Below are positions 60,793-64,000 of a stretch of 64,000 nucleotides of DNA, in pieces; the stretch's first letter is position 1, and every line of letters begins with the position of its first letter. A model generated the notes under the pieces. It saw only the letters and a program-made list of their open reading frames with translations. It was not told the DNA's origin and did no database searches. A program made the translations under genes and the position numbers. Location of the stretch: positions 2,595,803 through 2,659,802 of the forward strand of contig BFEA01000001.1 in the NCBI GenBank assembly GCA_003427395.1. The letters are read 5' to 3'. This DNA comes from Chara braunii (Eukaryota; Plantae; Charophyceae).

Positions 60793-63296
60793 AATGTAGA
60801 CGAAGTTTGACTGTGAAGAGTTGTACGTGTAACATACGCCAAGAGGGGGAATGTTAAGGTTTTTTTTTTTTGACTTTTTTTTTTCTAGGCACTTTGTTGC
60901 TACGGCGGAGGCTTAGACGTGCTCCTCAGCACAACAGAACAAAGATTCGATGACCAATGAACTCAATGATGATGAATATTATTCCATGGTTTGAGGAGAA
61001 TGAACTTTCAGGGTTGTAGTGTTTACAACAAAACACAGAATTGTGCATGTGCTTTATATTCCTTGGTTCCGTTTTTTACTATGGAAATGGCGGTTTTTTT
61101 TCTGGTTATCGTCATGGCATCGCGGTTGGTTGTTTCCTGTTGTTCGGCATCTGGTGCAGGGGCGGTGCTCATATGTAGGAAATGACATCCGCGTTTGTCT
61201 TTTACGTTGTTCCTGGTGGGGTTCAAAGCCGATCGTGTTTTGATCTGCATCCCGGATGGTTTTGTCTTGTTGTTCGGTCTATTTTGGCGTGGCATCATAG
61301 CGCTGCTCTCATGTGGGACTAATCATCCAGGTTCTGGTTTTGTCTTGGGATGTATTGTTGTCGGACATGTTGAAATTTCTGAATAAGGCATTTGAGTTCA
61401 CGGACGTCCGCAGCCATATCAGCATTGGAAACTTTTATATATAGTCGTGTTGTGAAAAAAAAAAAAAAAAAAAAGGATATCCTGGTTGCTTTTGTCCCGT
61501 CGTTTTCCCTTTGGCGCGGCGGCAACTATTTGTGTTTGTGTTATTGCTTGTTGCCCCCTGTTCAGTTATATTTCGCTATTCCCTTCCTCTTTTCTTCGCC
61601 TTTTTGCCTTTCGGGCCTTCGACTGTGTACAAGTGGATCGATATGACACACGGGGGTGGGGGCAGCCGACGCTCAATCTACATCCACGTGGGCGGCCTTG
61701 CATGCAAGAGGTTCTGAACAGGGGGAGTTTTTCTAAACTGGAAATAAAATATGAATTTAATTTATTTTTTTTTCGTTTTTGCGCTTTGATAAATGTGTGA
61801 CNNNNNNNNNNNNNNNNNNNNNNNNNNNNNNNNNNNNNNNNNNNNNNNNNNNNNNNNNNNNNNNNNNNNNNNNNNNNNNNNNNNNNNNNNNNNNNNNNNN
61901 NNNNNNNNNNNNNNNNNNNNNNNNNNNNNNNNNNNNNNNNNNNNNNNNNNNNNNNNNNNNNNNNNNNNNNNNNNNNNNNNNNNNNNNNNNNNNNNNNNNN
62001 NNNNNNNNNNNNNNNNNNNNNNNNNNNNNNNNNNNNNNNNNNNNNNNNNNNNNNNNNNNNNNNNNNNNNNNNNNNNNNNNNNNNNNNNNNNNNNNNNNNN
62101 NNNNNNNNNNNNNNNNNNNNNNNNNNNNNNNNNNNNNNNNNNNNNNNNNNNNNNNNNNNNNNNNNNNNNNNNNNNNNNNNNNNNNNNNNNNNNNNNNNNN
62201 NNNNNNNNNNNNNNNNNNNNNNNNNNNNNNNNNNNNNNNNNNNNNNNNNNNNNNNNNNNNNNNNNNNNNNNNNNNNNNNNNNNNNNNNNNNNNNNNNNNN
62301 NNNNNNNNNNNNNNNNNNNNNNNNNNNNNNNNNNNNNNNNNNNNNNNNNNNNNNNNNNNNNNNNNNNNNNNNNNNNNNNNNNNNNNNNNNNNNNNNNNNN
62401 NNNNNNNNNNNNNNNNNNNNNNNNNNNNNNNNNNNNNNNNNNNNNNNNNNNNNNNNNNNNNNNNNNNNNNNNNNNNNNNNNNNNNNNNNNNNNNNNNNNN
62501 NNNNNNNNNNNNNNNNNNNNNNNNNNNNNNNNNNNNNNNNNNNNNNNNNNNNNNNNNNNNNNNNNNNNNNNNNNNNNNNNNNNNNNNNNNNNNNNNNNNN
62601 NNNNNNNNNNNNNNNNNNNNNNNNNNNNNNNNNNNNNNNNNNNNNNNNNNNNNNNNNNNNNNNNNNNNNNNNNNNNNNNNNNNNNNNNNNNNNNNNNNNN
62701 NNNNNNNNNNNNNNNNNNNNNNNNNNNNNNNNNNNNNNNNNNNNNNNNNNNNNNNNNNNNNNNNNNNNNNNNNNNNNNNNNNNNNNNNNNNNNNNNAAAA
62801 GAATTAAAATGAGTGATTGTGCCAACACCTTTTCGACACTGCCATTTTTGCCGATTTTTAATTATTTTTTGCCATTGACAAATGCCCTGAAAATTTACAG
62901 ATATGTAGTTTACATAATCAATAACTCATTAACAAATTTTAAAAAAATAATAAAAATTGTTAGGTCCCGAAATAAAGTGAAAACAAAAGCTAAAAATGAA
63001 AAAAAACAAAATAGTGAGTAGGCGAGCATGTTTTGACACCCCCATCTTTGACGATTTTTAATGTTTTTTTGGCTCAGCAGGATGACTTCAAATTTGTAGG
63101 CGCGTAGGTTACATCATAGAGGACTCACAAAAAACAATTCAGAAAAAAAAACTAATTTCTAGGCCCCGAAATTGTTTTTGGCGGGGGCCGAACCTAAGGT
63201 ATTCGGCCCCCGAACGCTCGAACGTTCGGGGGCCAGCCCGGGGCCCCCCAAACATTCGGTCAGGTAACCCTGTATATATATATATATATATATATA

Positions 63297-63443
63297 GGCG
63301 GTTATGCTCTGTGTCATACTGCATCATGATGCTGGAAGGAAGACAAACCACCTTAACGAAATGTCGTTGCCCGACATAACGCCTGCATATACAGTCACAC
63401 AGAAGACACACACACACAAAAAAAAAGAAGAAAAAAAAAAAAG

Positions 63444-63484
<41 letters not shown>

Positions 63485-63600
63485 TTTGTCTCTTTGTCGT
63501 AAAGGTGGTTATGCTCCGTGTCCTACTGCATCCTAATCCAGGAAGGGAACCGAACCACCTTTACGACATGGCGTTGCTCGAGTGACATAGACACACGCAC

Positions 63601-63647
<47 letters not shown>

Positions 63648-63769
63648 TACACAGAGAGAGAGAGGATTTGTGTCTTTGGCGTAAAGGTGGTTATGCTTAG
63701 TGTCCTACTGCATAAGGATGCAGGAAGGGAGTCAAACCACCTTTACGACATACCGTTGCTCGAGTGACA

Positions 63770-63808
<39 letters not shown>

Positions 63809-63961
63809 ATATAAAGAGAGAGACAAAGGATTTATGTCTTTGTCGTAAAGGTGGTTATGCTCTGTGTCCGAATGCATCAAGATGCAGGAAGGGAGCCAAA
63901 CCACCTTTACGACACACCGTAGCTTGACTGACACAAACACAGACATACGTACACACAGAGC

Positions 63962-64000
<39 letters not shown>
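63297..64000. repeat. Four tandem ~180 bp units, each a hairpin plus CA/GA microsatellite
   Basis: TGTCGTAAAGGTGGTT-N~42-AACCACCTTTACGACA at ~63496, ~63677 and ~63841, with a partial copy at ~63297. Confidence 0.9.

Overview
Repeat-dense eukaryotic DNA with many N-gaps and microsatellites. The repeat content (MVDTRSG-type gypsy Gag, transposon-type trihelix ORF, TA/GA/TTA tracts) suggests a charophyte alga such as Chara; this is an inference. No clearly intact host gene is visible. Contents: two degenerate chromodomain-bearing Ty3/gypsy LTR elements (3418-~12700 +, 30690-~35390 -); a decayed L1-type LINE plus a second LINE 3' fragment; the 5' part of a Penelope-like element with an N-terminal GIY-YIG; a decayed minus-strand gene with a ParB-like region and a degenerate beta-class amino-methyltransferase-like fold; a trihelix pseudogene split by nested foldback and hAT insertions with clean TSDs; and a very divergent histone H3-like ORF. 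The most striking region is an unclassified ~8 kb segment (51.1-59.3 kb). It carries 16 sequence-divergent stem-loops that all present a CCG(U/G)(G/A) loop and are interspersed with ACUAA motifs, then ~3 kb of further hairpins, then two ungapped-paralogous ~80 aa ORFs and a 220 aa orphan ORF.
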